DNA of 56,342 nt, from positions 62,001 to 118,342 of the forward strand of contig CAUYUJ010000095.1 in the NCBI GenBank assembly GCA_963575745.1. The letters are read 5' to 3'. Every line of letters begins with the position of its first letter. Within the stretch, counting starts at the first letter, position 1. Positions 11,585 to 23,285 of this stretch are shown here, piece after piece. Below the pieces are notes generated by a model, which was given only the letters and a program-made list of their open reading frames with translations, searched no databases and was not told the origin of the DNA. The translations under genes and the position numbers were made by a program. Source of the DNA: Prorocentrum cordatum (taxonomy: Eukaryota).

Positions 11585-12175
11585 TCCTCCTCCTCCTCCT
11601 CCTCCTCGATCCTCCTCCTCATCCTTCTCCTCCTCGATCTTCTTCCTCCTCCTCCTCCTCGATCCTTCTCCTACTCGATCCTCCTCCTCCTCGACCCTCC
11701 TCCTCCTCCTCCTCCTCCTCCTCCTCCTCCTCCTCCTCCTCCTGCTCCTCCTCCTCCTCCTCCTCGCCGCTCCTCCTCGCTGCTCCCCCTCCCCCCTCCA
11801 TCCCCCTCCCGAGAGGGAAAAAACAACAAAGGCTCGGCGCCGAGCGCTGCTCTGCGGCACCCGCTCGGCCGGCCGAGCGAGCCCTCCGCGCCGCGAGCGG
11901 CCCCCTCCGCGCAGCTCAGCGCCGGCCAGGGGCCGGAGGCGGCCCGGCCGCCGCCGCGGCGTGCTGCGCGGCCTGGCGCAGGAAGGCGCCGAGGCCGCCT
12001 CGGCGGACGGCGACCAGCGGGAAGGCCTGCTCTTTCCGCCCCCTCCTCCTCCTCCTCCTCCTCCTCCTCCTCCTCCTCCTCCTCCGCGTTCCTCCTCCTC
12101 CTCCTCCTCCTCCTCCTCCTCCTCCTCCTCCTCCTCCTCCTCCTCGTTCCTCCTCCTCCACCACCTCCTCCTCCT
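11585..12175. repeat. two (CCT)n tracts (11585-11770, 12041-12175) around a GC-rich spacer
   Basis: Direct reading. Confidence 0.9.
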
Positions 12176-12287
12176 TTTTCCCCAACCCTCCATGGCTGGG
12201 TATTCGTTTGGAGTAGAGCACTGCTCGCGCGTCCTTCCTTCTTTCCTACCTTCCTTCCTCCCGCCTCCCGTCTCCTCCTGCCCTCTC

Positions 12288-12615
12288 TTCGCCGTCGATG
12301 GGGGCTGCGATCTGCCACACTGTCGCAGCTCTCGAGGGCTGCTGGTGGGTCCAGCGGACTGGGGCACCGCGCAGATCTGAGCGGGACCTTGCCGTCCCTG
12401 GGGAGCTGCGATCTGCGAAACTCACGCCACTTTCGAGGGCTGCTGGTGGGTCCAGCAGACTGAGGCACCGCGCAGATCTGAGCGGGTCTTCGTCGTCTTT
12501 GGAGGCCTGCAATCTGCGAGACCGTCGCTATTTTCGAAGGCTGATGGCGGGTCCAGCGGAGTGAGGCGCCACGCAGATTTGAGCGGGACCTTGCAATCCT
12601 TGGGGGGCTGTGAGC
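12288..12615 (+). repeat. 101-bp tandem repeat, ~3 copies
   Basis: gggtccagc at 12347, 12448 and 12549, with cgcagat.tgagcggg in each unit. Confidence 0.9.
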
Positions 12616-14477
12616 CTCACGAATGTCGCTCGCAGAAGTGTATGCGCCCAGTTCACGTCATCACCTCCGTATAACATCATTCTCCAGGGGTTGGGTACGT
12701 CGCCAGGGTAATCGACGTTGATCGGACTTCATGCTCGAGCACGCGGCGTTAGGCCTAGGACAAACAGCACTGGCCACTGACAGGTGCAGAACATCAGGAA
12801 GGCGGAGAGGTGGGCAGATATTAGTAGCCTATGAGGGCGAGAGTAACCCAGCCCGCGACACGAGGAGGTGAGGATACCAGAGCAAGCAAATTGGAAGTAA
12901 TGCGATACATGCAGGGAGGTACTAATAAGGGAGGCGAGATACGGCTGCAGGTGGTCTGGCAGGGAAGCCCCCGCGATCTCCCGCAAGCGCTAAACATGTA
13001 AGCTGACACCCTTTATGTTGGGAGCACGACATGCACAGCTAACATGCGACACGTGAGAGATATAATGGTATAACATACAGCATGTTCGATGCCTGCGATG
13101 TAAAATCGAAGCGTGTGAGGCTGTTGCTTTACAAGGCTGGCCTGTACGCAAGCAAGGTGCGAAGTACGCGGAGGTCGAGGCTAGGACTGCAAATGAAACT
13201 TGGCAATGCCAGGAGTAGCGGAGCCAACCAAGCCAGCAGCAGCAGAGCGAGCGTCCTCCGTGAATGCGGGTGCTACCCTGCCCGCAGACCCCTGCGTGGG
13301 GAAGGTCGGCGCAGGTCGGGCCCGAACGTCCACTGACGTCAGCTCCACCAGTTTGAACTCAGAGAACACAGCTAGGCCGTGCTTAGATTACGCAGCTACT
13401 CAGAGCTAGCCAGAGCGTCAGTCACCCAGACATCGGCCCGACAGCTCGATCGATCGATCGATCTTTCTCATCCCTGCGACCTTCTTCTTCCTCCTCCTCC
13501 TCCTCCGTTATTATGCCTCCTTCGTTTTTCCTCCTCCTCCTTCTCCTCCTCCTCCTCCTCCTCCTGTCTCCTCCTCCTACCGCAACGCCCTGGGAAAATA
13601 CCGCAATTCGAATCGTCGACGTGTGGGTTCTCGTCACCCTCGAAGTTCCATAAGGCTTGGCCTCTGGGGGCCGCTTTCGGGCCCCAGGGGCCGTCAGAAA
13701 AGGAATCGGGATGAACAACCTCCCCCCGGGGGAGTTCATCTCGACGATTCTCCGACACGACCCTCAAAGGTCGCAGCATTTCTCCAGGGGGAAGCTGCAC
13801 GGTGCGCGAAGCCCGACTCCCGGCGTCGACCCGAGAAGCGTGGCGACGGTGCGAGCCGGGCGGACGCGCAGCAAGGGCGGGCAGGTGCGAGGTCCCGGGC
13901 CAGGGGCGGTGTGCTGCCTTTTGTTCGGCCTCGGGGAGGCGCCACGTTCGGGCCCCGGGCCTGTCGAGATCGGATCCAGGGGGGGGGAAGCACTGCACCA
14001 GGACAGGGCCCTGAGCGCGGGCGTGCAGGCGGACTGCCCACGAGGGCCTGCAAGCCTCAAGCAGGGGCTCGGCTACAGAATCGACTTGCCCTGCGTAAAC
14101 TTGATTCGGGCGTGGGCAGAAGGGACCTGGTTTAGTGATGAGTACTGGGGGTCCCCCCGAGGCCACGTTCCACTAATAACCAGAACTGCCGTCACCCGAA
14201 AAAACAGCAGCTACGGCAGACCTGGTTTCGTGATTCTGTGCTATTGAAAAGGCTCCCGGGCCCTACTACTCACCCGGTCACCTTACCTGGGGTCCTGGCT
14301 ATACCCGATTGATGTGCCCCAGAAGTTGATTCTGATCTGCGAAGATGCAGGGTAATCTACGTGCAAACTTTGCGGTATAATCGACGGAAGAGACCATTTT
14401 TGGGAAAACCAGTGCTGTAACCAGTCGATCCCCTGCTCGAGAGACAGCTAACATGTGGAAGGAGAAACTGTCATCAC

Positions 14478-14699
14478 TTATGTTGCATCCTCGGGGGAGC
14501 TTGTCTGTCCCGTCGCTGCCCTATCTGCGTCGAATTCGGGTCGAATCCATATCGGACTCGTCGAATCCGTTTCGACTCCGTATCGCATCCGCGTCGAATC
14601 CACGCCAAATCCACGTCAAGCCCGCATCGAGCCCGCGTCACGCACACGAAAAGATACCCATTTTGGGGACAGGCGAGGTCCCCCAAAGATGCAACGTAA
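14478..14699 (+). mobile_element. MITE with ~35-bp imperfect TIR, TA at both ends (copy 1)
   Basis: ttatgttgcatcctcgggggagcttgtctgtccc / ggggacaggcgaggtcccccaaagatgcaacgtaa. A second copy lies at 17912-18102. Confidence 0.75.
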
Positions 14700-14797
14700 C
14701 AACTCGACGTATCTCGCGACGAGCTTGCACTGGCCGCGCACCTTCCAGTTCACTGGTTAGGGCGCCTGCGCGTTACTCCAGGTGAAGAACATATTTC

Positions 14798-15165
14798 ACC
14801 TCCTCCTCTTCCTTCTCCTCTTCCTCGCTCCTCCTCCTCGCTCCGCCTCCTCCTCCTCCTCCTTCTCCTCCTCCTCCTCCCCTCCGCATCCTCCTCCTCC
14901 TCCTCCTCCTCCTCCTCCTCCTCCTCCTCCTCCTCCTCCTCCTATTCCTCCTCCTCCTCCTCCTCCTCTTCCTCCTCCCCTCCAACTCCTCCTCCTCTTC
15001 CTCCCGCCTCGCTCCGCCTCCTCCTCCCCCCCCCCTCCTCCTCCTCCTCCTCCTCCTCCTCCTCCTCCTCCTCCTCCTCCTCCTCCTCCTCCTCCTCCTC
15101 CTCCTCCTCCTCCCTCCCTCCTCCTCCTCCTCCTCCTCCTCCTCCTCCTCCTCCTCCTCCCCCTC
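14798..15165. repeat. (CCT)n microsatellite
   Basis: Direct reading. Confidence 0.95.
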
Positions 15166-16192
15166 CCCTCGTTCCCCCTCCGCGGCCGCCCCCTGCTTCC
15201 CACTTGTCACCACTCTGGCGTGCCGCTGCCCTGCGCCGCCCGCTGGCCGACCGAACGCGATGGCGCCAGTCCTCGCCGCGGAGGTCTCGAGGAGACCCCT
15301 GGAAGCTGCCGCAACCCTGCCTCCTACCCCTGCACAGCTGACGTCAGGCTGTCTCGTTTTTTTTCGGGGGGAACTATCGCAGGGGTCTCGAGATGCCTCG
15401 GAGTCCATGGGCCACAGGCACACAGGACGGGTCGCCGCGCCACCTCCACAGCTGACGTCACGCTGGCTTCTTGACGTGACACCTGGGGCTCTCGCCCCCG
15501 GTTCCCAGGGGGCAGCTGTACATCTCAGGTCGCTCTCTGTTGTCGAGCCTTCGGCCTGAAACGGGCCTCCCAGACAGCCCACGAGCGGAACATGACTGAC
15601 CGTTTGTTTGCGACGCTCCAGTCTGAGTGAGGCCACTCCGGCGGGGCCAGAGTGGAGAGGGTGAGAGGATCGCCCCTCATCGCCGATGCATCGTTGAGGA
15701 ATCGGCGACGTGGGGATGGACAAAACCAGGCTCTGGATCGCGAGGCGAATCCAGCTGTGACGCCGAGGGAAGGGTATCGGTATCGGTACCTTTTTTCTTA
15801 TGATGGGCGGCCTGGGCAATGGTCCCGCTCCAGAAGTCACTCCCGCGAAGGGCCACTGTTACATGCAAGTCGACCTCCTGCCCTTCCTCCCGGCCTTGGC
15901 TGGCGAAGCCAGGAAGACCGGCGCCAGCGGGACCAGCCGCGCCACCCTGGTTGGCGAAACCGGCGAAGAGGCTCTGCATCTCGCACGGGGGGGGACAAGG
16001 ACAGAGGCCTCCTATCGGGGATGGACAGACCCCCCTGTGGTAAAACGTGGTTTAGTGAAAACGACCTGAGGTCCAAACCTGGCGGGCGCAAGCCTGGAAA
16101 ATGACGGCCACGGCGCCCTCTCGAGAACCGAAAACGGACAATTCACTAATCGACGTGTCACTGTTGGGGGTTCTGTCCGCCCCCGATCCTAA

Positions 16193-16389
16193 ATGGGGTC
16201 CGAGCAGATGGGGTCGGAGGATCGCGCCGCATCGCCGATGCATCGACGATGCATCAATGATGCGTCTCGGCACCGTCGGCGGTGCCATCGGCGAAGCCGG
16301 CGTGGAGAAAAATTGGGCTCCACATCAGGCCGCATCGCCGATGCATCGGCGATGCGCGCGATGATTCGACCCATTTGCTCCGATCCCAT
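16193..16389. mobile_element. MITE-like foldback with internal palindromes
   Basis: TIR atggggtccgagcagatggggtcg / cgacccatttgctccgatcccat. A perfect 26-bp palindrome lies at 16331-16356. Confidence 0.65.
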
Positions 16390-17102
16390 CGAAGAGGCCT
16401 ACAGAAGGAAGAAGGGGCAGGGGGGGGAGCGAATGGCAGCAGACTTCGGGAGGACGGAGTTCTTCTAGCCTGGCACTCTGTTCGGCCTCAGGGAGCCGCT
16501 CTCGGCGGGCGCATGCCTACGAGTAAAGAAAGGGTCGAGAGAGGCTGCCGAACCTCGCGGCTCGAAAGGTCGATGCGCTGGGAAGGGAGGGTGGGAAGGA
16601 GCGGTGGTGGAGGGAACGGGAGGGGGAGCGAACGGGGAATCTATAGCAGAGGCCCGAAAATCAACCCTCATAAGAATCACCACGACAAGCGAAGTCATGT
16701 CGTAAACGCGCCCAAAGGAGGAATCGAGCAGGGCAGGGCTGCTTAGTAAACGCCCAGGGACGTTTGGCAAACGCCAGCTATCGGGTCTGAGTTTTTTTGT
16801 TTTCTTCATCCCTTGATCTAGGGAGAAGGGGGGGCATGGGGAGAAAGCGGCGGGGGAGGGGGGGAGGAACGGACCAAGGAGAGATGAGGGAAGGAAGCGA
16901 AGATGCAAAGGGAAAGAAGAGAAGAGGAAGAGGAGGGGGATGAGAGGGGAACGGAAGGGGATGCATGTGGGGGAGAATCTAAGGATACTTACACGGATAA
17001 TGACACAACTGGCAACAAACAAAACGGCAACTGGTAAAGACGGGCGGCAAGGCAGAACTGAAACAGGAGAAGCATGATCATAAATGAAGAGGATCGCGAA
17101 AC

Positions 17103-17263
17103 CGGGGGAGAGCAAAAAGTACCGATACCGCTGGTCCCCGGACCTCTCCTGGGGTGCGTTCTGATCAAGATTTCGAGGCGAATCCGGAGGTGGCGACGAG
17201 GGCCTCCCAGGAGGCTCAAAAACGGGGGGGGGGGTAGAGGTATGGGTACCTTTCCCTCCTCCG
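17103..17263 (+). mobile_element. dispersed MITE-like family P (related copies ~11443-11560, ~41775-41932, ~48325-48430)
   Basis: Imperfect TIR cgggggagagcaaaaagtaccgatacc / ggtatgggtacctttccctcctccg. The core ttctga....tcgaggcgaatccgg.ggtggcgacg...cccaggaggc is shared with the other copies. Confidence 0.65.
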
Positions 17264-17911
17264 AGCTCCCCCCCGTCGAGGGACATGCCCGACTGGACGC
17301 CAACGCCGAGAGGCCGCCGACGAGGCCGGCGGCGGCGGCGAGCGGCGGCGGCAGGCGGCGGCGGCCCGCCGGGGGGGCCTCCGGGGGCCAGCCCCCGGAG
17401 CCCGCCGCGGCGGCGCCCGGGGGCGCCCCGCCGGGCGCCGCGCCGAACGGAGGCGCCTCGCTCGGCGGGGCGCCCGGGGTCTTCGTTGGATCGGGCGTGG
17501 TCGCCCCTCCTCCGCCTCCTCCCACTCCTCCTCCTCTTCCTTCTCCTCCTCCTCCTCGGCTTCCTCCTCCTCCTCTTCCTCCTCCTCCTCCTCCTCCTCC
17601 CCTTTTTCCTCCTTGTTCCTCCTCCTCATCCCCATCATCAGCGTCAGCGTAGGCGTGGGTCGTCGTCGGCGTCGGCATCGGATCGGCGCGGGCGTCGGCG
17701 TCATCGAGCGCACGAGAACCGCCCCCCGCCCCCCGCAGGAGGAGCTTGGGGCCAACGGGACCCTGCGGGCGGACCACCCCCCTTGCGGCAGCTGGCCATG
17801 GCCTCGCTTGCATACAGGGCGCCTGCACCCACGCACACTCGCCAAAGTTGCTAAGCGTTGACATATAAAATCCATGTTTGCGGGGGCTGGGGTCCGTTTC
17901 TCACTGTTCAC

Positions 17912-18102
17912 TTATGTCGCATCTTCGGGGACCTTCTCTGTCCCGTCGCGCCTCTATCCGCGCTGAAGCCGTGCCGATTCCACGTCGGAAGTCCACGTCG
18001 AATCCACGCCACATCCGCGTCGAGTCCGCATCGATCCCGCGTCCAGCACAAGAACATACACCCATTTGGGGGACAGGCGAGGTCCTCCGAGATGCACCGT
18101 AA
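17912..18102 (+). mobile_element. MITE with ~35-bp TIR, TA at both ends (copy 2)
   Basis: ttatgtcgcatcttcgggg...ggggacaggcgaggtcctccgagatgcaccgtaa, homologous to 14478-14699. Confidence 0.75.
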
Positions 18103-18499
18103 AATCGTGGTCTTGAAGGCTACGAAGACTCTTCGTGGTCGACGACGTCGGAGCCGGCGTCGGCGTCAGCGTCGGGAACGCATGGCAAAGAAAGCGCACC
18201 AGCACTCACCATCGCTGTGGCACGCTCCGGCTACCTAGACACCGAACCTCGAAAATACCCCTTCGCCTCCTCCTCCTCCTCCTCCTCCTCCTCCTCCTCC
18301 TCCTCCTGCTTCCAGTAGCCCCTTCCCTCCAATCCGCCCTTTCCGTCCTGCTCCTCCGCCACAGGGCTTCGCTGAATGGTCAAACCAAATGTTTGAGGGG
18401 GTCCGTTTTTTGTTGTTGGCTTGTTGTCCTTGTTTTTAGGGCCTCCGGGCGACCTCCAGGGGCGTCCGGGGGTCATAGCCTGATCGTTTCGCGCGGGCC

Positions 18500-18712
18500 T
18501 CTTGGATCTGCGCTGGGCCGCCCTCCCTGGCGGGCGGAGCGCGCCAGGGGCGGCGCTGGAGGCGCCCCCGAGGGGGGCCCAGCAAGGATCCAAGACACCC
18601 GCGTGGAGCGCCAAAAGATTAGCGCGCCAGGGGCGGCGCTGGAGGCGCCCCCGAGGGGGGCCCAGCGCGGATCCAAGACACCCGCGCGGAGCGCCAACAA
18701 AATTATGTGTAT
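18500..18712 (+). repeat. dispersed GC-rich repeat with internal ~85-bp duplication (relatives at ~24770-24855 minus, ~55720-55815)
   Basis: gcgcgccaggggcggcgctggaggcgcccccgaggggggcccagc..ggatccaagacacccgcg occurs twice in tandem. Confidence 0.75.
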
Positions 18713-18852
18713 GGCGTTTTTTCTTCTCCGGACGGTGGCAGGCCGTACCACGAGGCGGCGCGGCATGCGCGGAGACGAGACCTTCCCAGCTTCCCCAAAA
18801 AATCGCCGTCGCCGCTGCAGTCGTTCCCGTCCTCCCCCCTCTCCCGCCTCTC

Positions 18853-19216
<364 letters not shown>

Positions 19217-20489
19217 GTTACCAGCGTGGAAACCAAGCTGAGGATTGATCACACACCCTCCCTGTTCCAGCCTCGGGCTCTTCCTTCGTCTCCGCCCAAT
19301 CCGGCGACGACGGCGGCGTCGACGACAACGTCGACGGCGGCGGCGGCGCCGACGTCGGCGGCAACAGCGAGGGCGGCGGCGACGACCGCGCGCACGCCGC
19401 TGACCGAGGCCCGGACGCCGAACAGCGGCGCGCCGAAGTGCGGGGCGCCGAAAGGCGACGCGCCACCTGGGCGCCGGCGCTGACGGCAACGGCTACGGCG
19501 CCGTGGCGGCCACGGCGACGACAACGGCAACGACGGCTATGACGGCGACGACGCTGGCGACTACGTCGCCGTCACGGCCGCCGCCTTCGCCGTCGTCGCC
19601 ATCCTTGTCGTCGTCGTCGTCGTCGTCGTCTTCGTCGTCGTCGTCGTCCTCGTTGTCGTCTTCGTCGTCGTCGTTTGGGGCCCTTTTTGGGCTTTCGTCG
19701 CCGTCAGCACCGCCGCTGCTGTCACCGTCGCCGCCTCCATCGGTGCCGCCTCCGTGTTCGTCACCGTCCCCGCCGCCGCCTTCGCTACCGTCGTCGTCTT
19801 CGTGATTCGAAAAGAACGAAGAAAGTTCCCTGGGTCGAAGCTTTGCGAAGTTCTGATGCTTGCTTCCGAAAAATTAGGCCGCCCTGGGGCGCGCATCGTG
19901 GCAACCGCTGGAACGACTCGGAACGTTGGCCTGAAGGCGCGCCCCAGGACAGGTCCGAGAGGTCGTCGACGTCAGCTGACAGCTTTGACCAGCGATAGCA
20001 CCAAAGTTGAAACACCCCAGCTCGGAGTTGAGACAATTTTACGCGAAGATAATCGGCTCCACTCCAAGCGTCTTCTCTAACACTAGCCCAGCTCCGACCA
20101 TGCAAGAACACTCTACGCAAGAAGAAGCTCCAAGAAAACGCCCAGGGTCCAGCCCAGACCCTCGATTCTCTTCTGCGAAGTCTGGAGTCCATGTAAATTG
20201 GCACGTTTTCTTGAAATGTCTCAAGGGTGTAGTGACGCTCCGCCGACGTCGTCGTCGTCGTCGAATCGCCGTCGGCGTCTTCAGCATCGGCGTCGTCCGA
20301 GTATCGAGAGCCTGGGGCAACGCGTTGCGTGTGCTTCCGACAGTCTGTGGCCCTCTGGGCACGCCCCCACTGGCCACGGCCAGAGGCACCTCGGCATTGT
20401 TGCCAGGACGGGTTCTCACACATTGCGAATCTCGGAAACCCTGAACCCAAACATGTTGTCATCTCTCGGGGGCGCATCTTGTACTTTCG

Positions 20490-20646
20490 CGACCTTCCGC
20501 CGCCCTTCCGCCTTCCGCCGGCTTCCGCCGGCGGAGGCGGCCTCGTTTTACTTCCGCCGACCTTCCGCCGCCTTCCGTGGCGGAAGAGATGACGACTCCT
20601 TCGATCCTCGAGGGCAAGGCCCTTCCTGCTTCGGAACGCCCCATGT
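20490..20646 (+). repeat. dispersed repeat, second copy at ~40730-40873
   Basis: ccttccgccggcttccg..cgttttacttccgc..ggaagagatg..tccttcgatcc..ggcaaggccct..ggaacgcc.catgt is shared between the copies. Confidence 0.8.
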
Positions 20647-21099
20647 CCTGGAGGTCGTCGGGTCGTCGTCGCTGTCGTCGCCGTCGGTGATCGAGGCTCG
20701 CAGGTCAAGGGTTGAAAATCTCGAATGCTCTTGGTTCCTTCTCAAGGGGCTCTCCAGGGGCGCGCCCGACAACAACGGCCGCCTTCTACTTCAACAATCA
20801 TGCCATAACGCGCCCGTGGACGGGTCACGGAGGTCGTCCTCGCCGCCGCCGCCGCCGTCGATGCTGCCGTCGTCTTCAGCTTCGTCGTCGTCGTCGTCGC
20901 CATCGTCGCCGTCGTCATCGTCGTTGGTGCGCTTGCCGTCAGCATCGTCGACGTCGTCGTCAATGTGAGTCGCAGTATCAGTATCGCCGTCGCCGTTCTG
21001 GTCTCTGTTCCCACCGTCCCCCCGGCCCTTCGCGGCACGCAAATGCTTCCTGGGTAGGCGGCCACGTTGCGGCTGTCCGAAGACTCCGAGGACACTTCC

Positions 21100-21998
21100 C
21101 CTCCTCCCGCCTGCTCCTCCTTGTCCTCCCCCACCCTCCTGATCAGAACACCGTCTCCTTTCTTCCTAACCCTCCTCTTGTGTTCCTCCTTCTCTGCCTC
21201 CTCTTCTCTCCTCTTCCTGCTCCTCCTTCTCCTCCTCCTCCTCCGCCTCCTCCTCCTCCTCCGTTTCCTCCTCCTCCTCCTCCTCCTCCTCTTCCTGCTC
21301 CTCCTCCTCCTCCTCCTCCACCCATCCTCCTCCTCATCCCTCCCTTCATGTCTCCTTCGGGTTCCTGGATCCCGGCGGTTGGAAAGAGCGCTGTTCGTAG
21401 CCTCCCTGTCTCCTCCTCCTCCTCCTCCCTCCTCCTCGTCCTCGTCCTCGTCCTCCTCGTCCTCCCCCTCCTCCTCGTCCTCCCTTTCTCCTCCTCCTCC
21501 TCCTCCTCTTCCTCCTCCTCCTCCTCCTCCTCAGTCCTCTCTTCCTCTCCTCCTCCTCCTCCTCCTCCTCCTCCTCCTCCTCCTCCCTCCTCCCTCCTCC
21601 TCCTCTCCTCCTCCTCCTCCCTCCTCCTCCTCCTCCTCCCTCCTCCTCCTCCTCCTCTCCTCCCTCCTCCCTCCTCCCTCCTCCTCCTCCTCCTCCTCTC
21701 TCCTCCTCGTCCTCCTCCCTCGCCGTCCTCCTCCCCCTCGTTTCCCCCCCCCTCCTTCCCCCGCCGCAGCTCCGCGAGGGGCTCCCCGTGCCGCCCCCCC
21801 TCGCCCCCCCCCCCCCCGGAAGGCGGCGCGCCGAAGGGGCCGCCGTGCCCGAAGGCGCCGCCGAAGAGCCCGGCTCTATCGGGCGCGTCCCTGGCGCGTG
21901 GGGTGGGCCCCCTCCCCGCGGCAGCGAGCGGGGGAGCAGGGGAGGCGGTGGCGAGGGTGATGACGGGTGACGAGGATGGTGGTGGTGGTGCCGTTGCA

Positions 21999-22093
<95 letters not shown>

Positions 22094-22480
22094 GGGTGAT
22101 GATGGTGCTGGTGATGGTGATGATGATGGTGATGCTGGTGATGATGATATTGATGAGAACGATGATGCTGATGAGAAGGATGATGATGGTGATGATGATG
22201 CTGCTGATGATGCTGATGGTGATGATGATGTGAATGATGATAATGAGGATGACCATGGTGATGCTGATCATGATGGTGCTGCTGTTGATGATGATGATCG
22301 TGGTTGTGATGATGGTGATGCTGGTGATGCTGATGTTGATGATGGTGATGGTGACGATGATGCTGATGCTGATGCTGATGCTGCTGCTGCTGATGATGAT
22401 GATGATCATGATGATGATGAGGATGAGGATGATGATGATGATGATGATGATACTGATCATGATGATGGTGATGATGGTGA
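21100..22480. repeat. compound microsatellite: (CCT)n 21100-21740, then (GGT)/(GCT)n/(GAT)n 21975-22480
   Basis: Direct reading. It explains the 634-aa and 418-aa low-complexity ORFs. Confidence 0.95.
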
Positions 22481-23121
22481 CTTTGAACAGAGTCGCAGCA
22501 GACTGAGCACGATGAACACGCACTGCCGAAGTCTCGCGGCAGAGAAACATCAGCCTGGCGTGCACTTCTCATGTTGTGCACGTCACGGAGACTCGAAACC
22601 ATTCATCGCCCCATGAATGAACGAATGGTCATTGGGCAGGAAAGGAAGAGGATGAAGCTGACGATGCTGATGATGAGGTAGAAGAAGAAGATGGTGGTGG
22701 TGATGGTGGTCTGAAAGCCGTCTGGGCCACAAACAGAAGGAATAATCGAGCAATGCGCCCTGATTACACTGGCTCCCGCGTCGTCGGCTTCTCACTGGAG
22801 GCCCGGCTGTGCACTCTGCGGAGGTCCGCGGGAAGAACAGGAGAACTGCGGGAGGAAAAGATGGAACATAGGGGAGATGCAGGAGCGAGGACCAAGAAGA
22901 GGAAGGGAAGGAGGGGAGCAGGGGCGGAGGGGAAGAAGGATGGGGAGAGCAGGGGCGGAGGGGAAGAAGGATGGGCGCGTCGCGGGGCGTCTCTGAGATC
23001 GGGGATCTCTGAGACCCAGCGGTTCCGGAGGGTGCGTCGGGCGCCGCGGCCGTTCCAGAGGGCTCCCAGGAACGCTGCGATGGCCTTTCTCGGAGTGCTC
23101 TGCAGCGACGTTTCCTGGTCC

Positions 23122-23285
23122 TAGGGCTCCCAACTTCGCGCTTCGCGCTGCGCGAAGCGCGAAGCGCGAATAACTTCGCGCTCTCGCGCCGCCCTCCCAA
23201 AGGGAGAATAGGAGGACGAGGAGGAGGGGGAGAAGGAACGAGGACCGCGAAGCGCGAATAACTTCGCGCCCTCGAGGGAGCCCTT
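23122..23285 (+). mobile_element. hAT-like MITE family H copy 1
   Basis: TIR (t)agggctccc/gggagccct(t), 8-bp flanks cctggtcc/gctggtcc (7/8), and internal cgcgaag/cttcgcg repeats. Confidence 0.7.

Noticed and set aside
20712..22616. 634-aa ORF and other long Pro/Glu/Asp/His/Arg homopolymer ORFs (e.g. 30910-32337, 49242-50327, 152-514)
   Set aside because: They are open only because triplet microsatellites lack stops in several frames, and they have no domain-like sequence.
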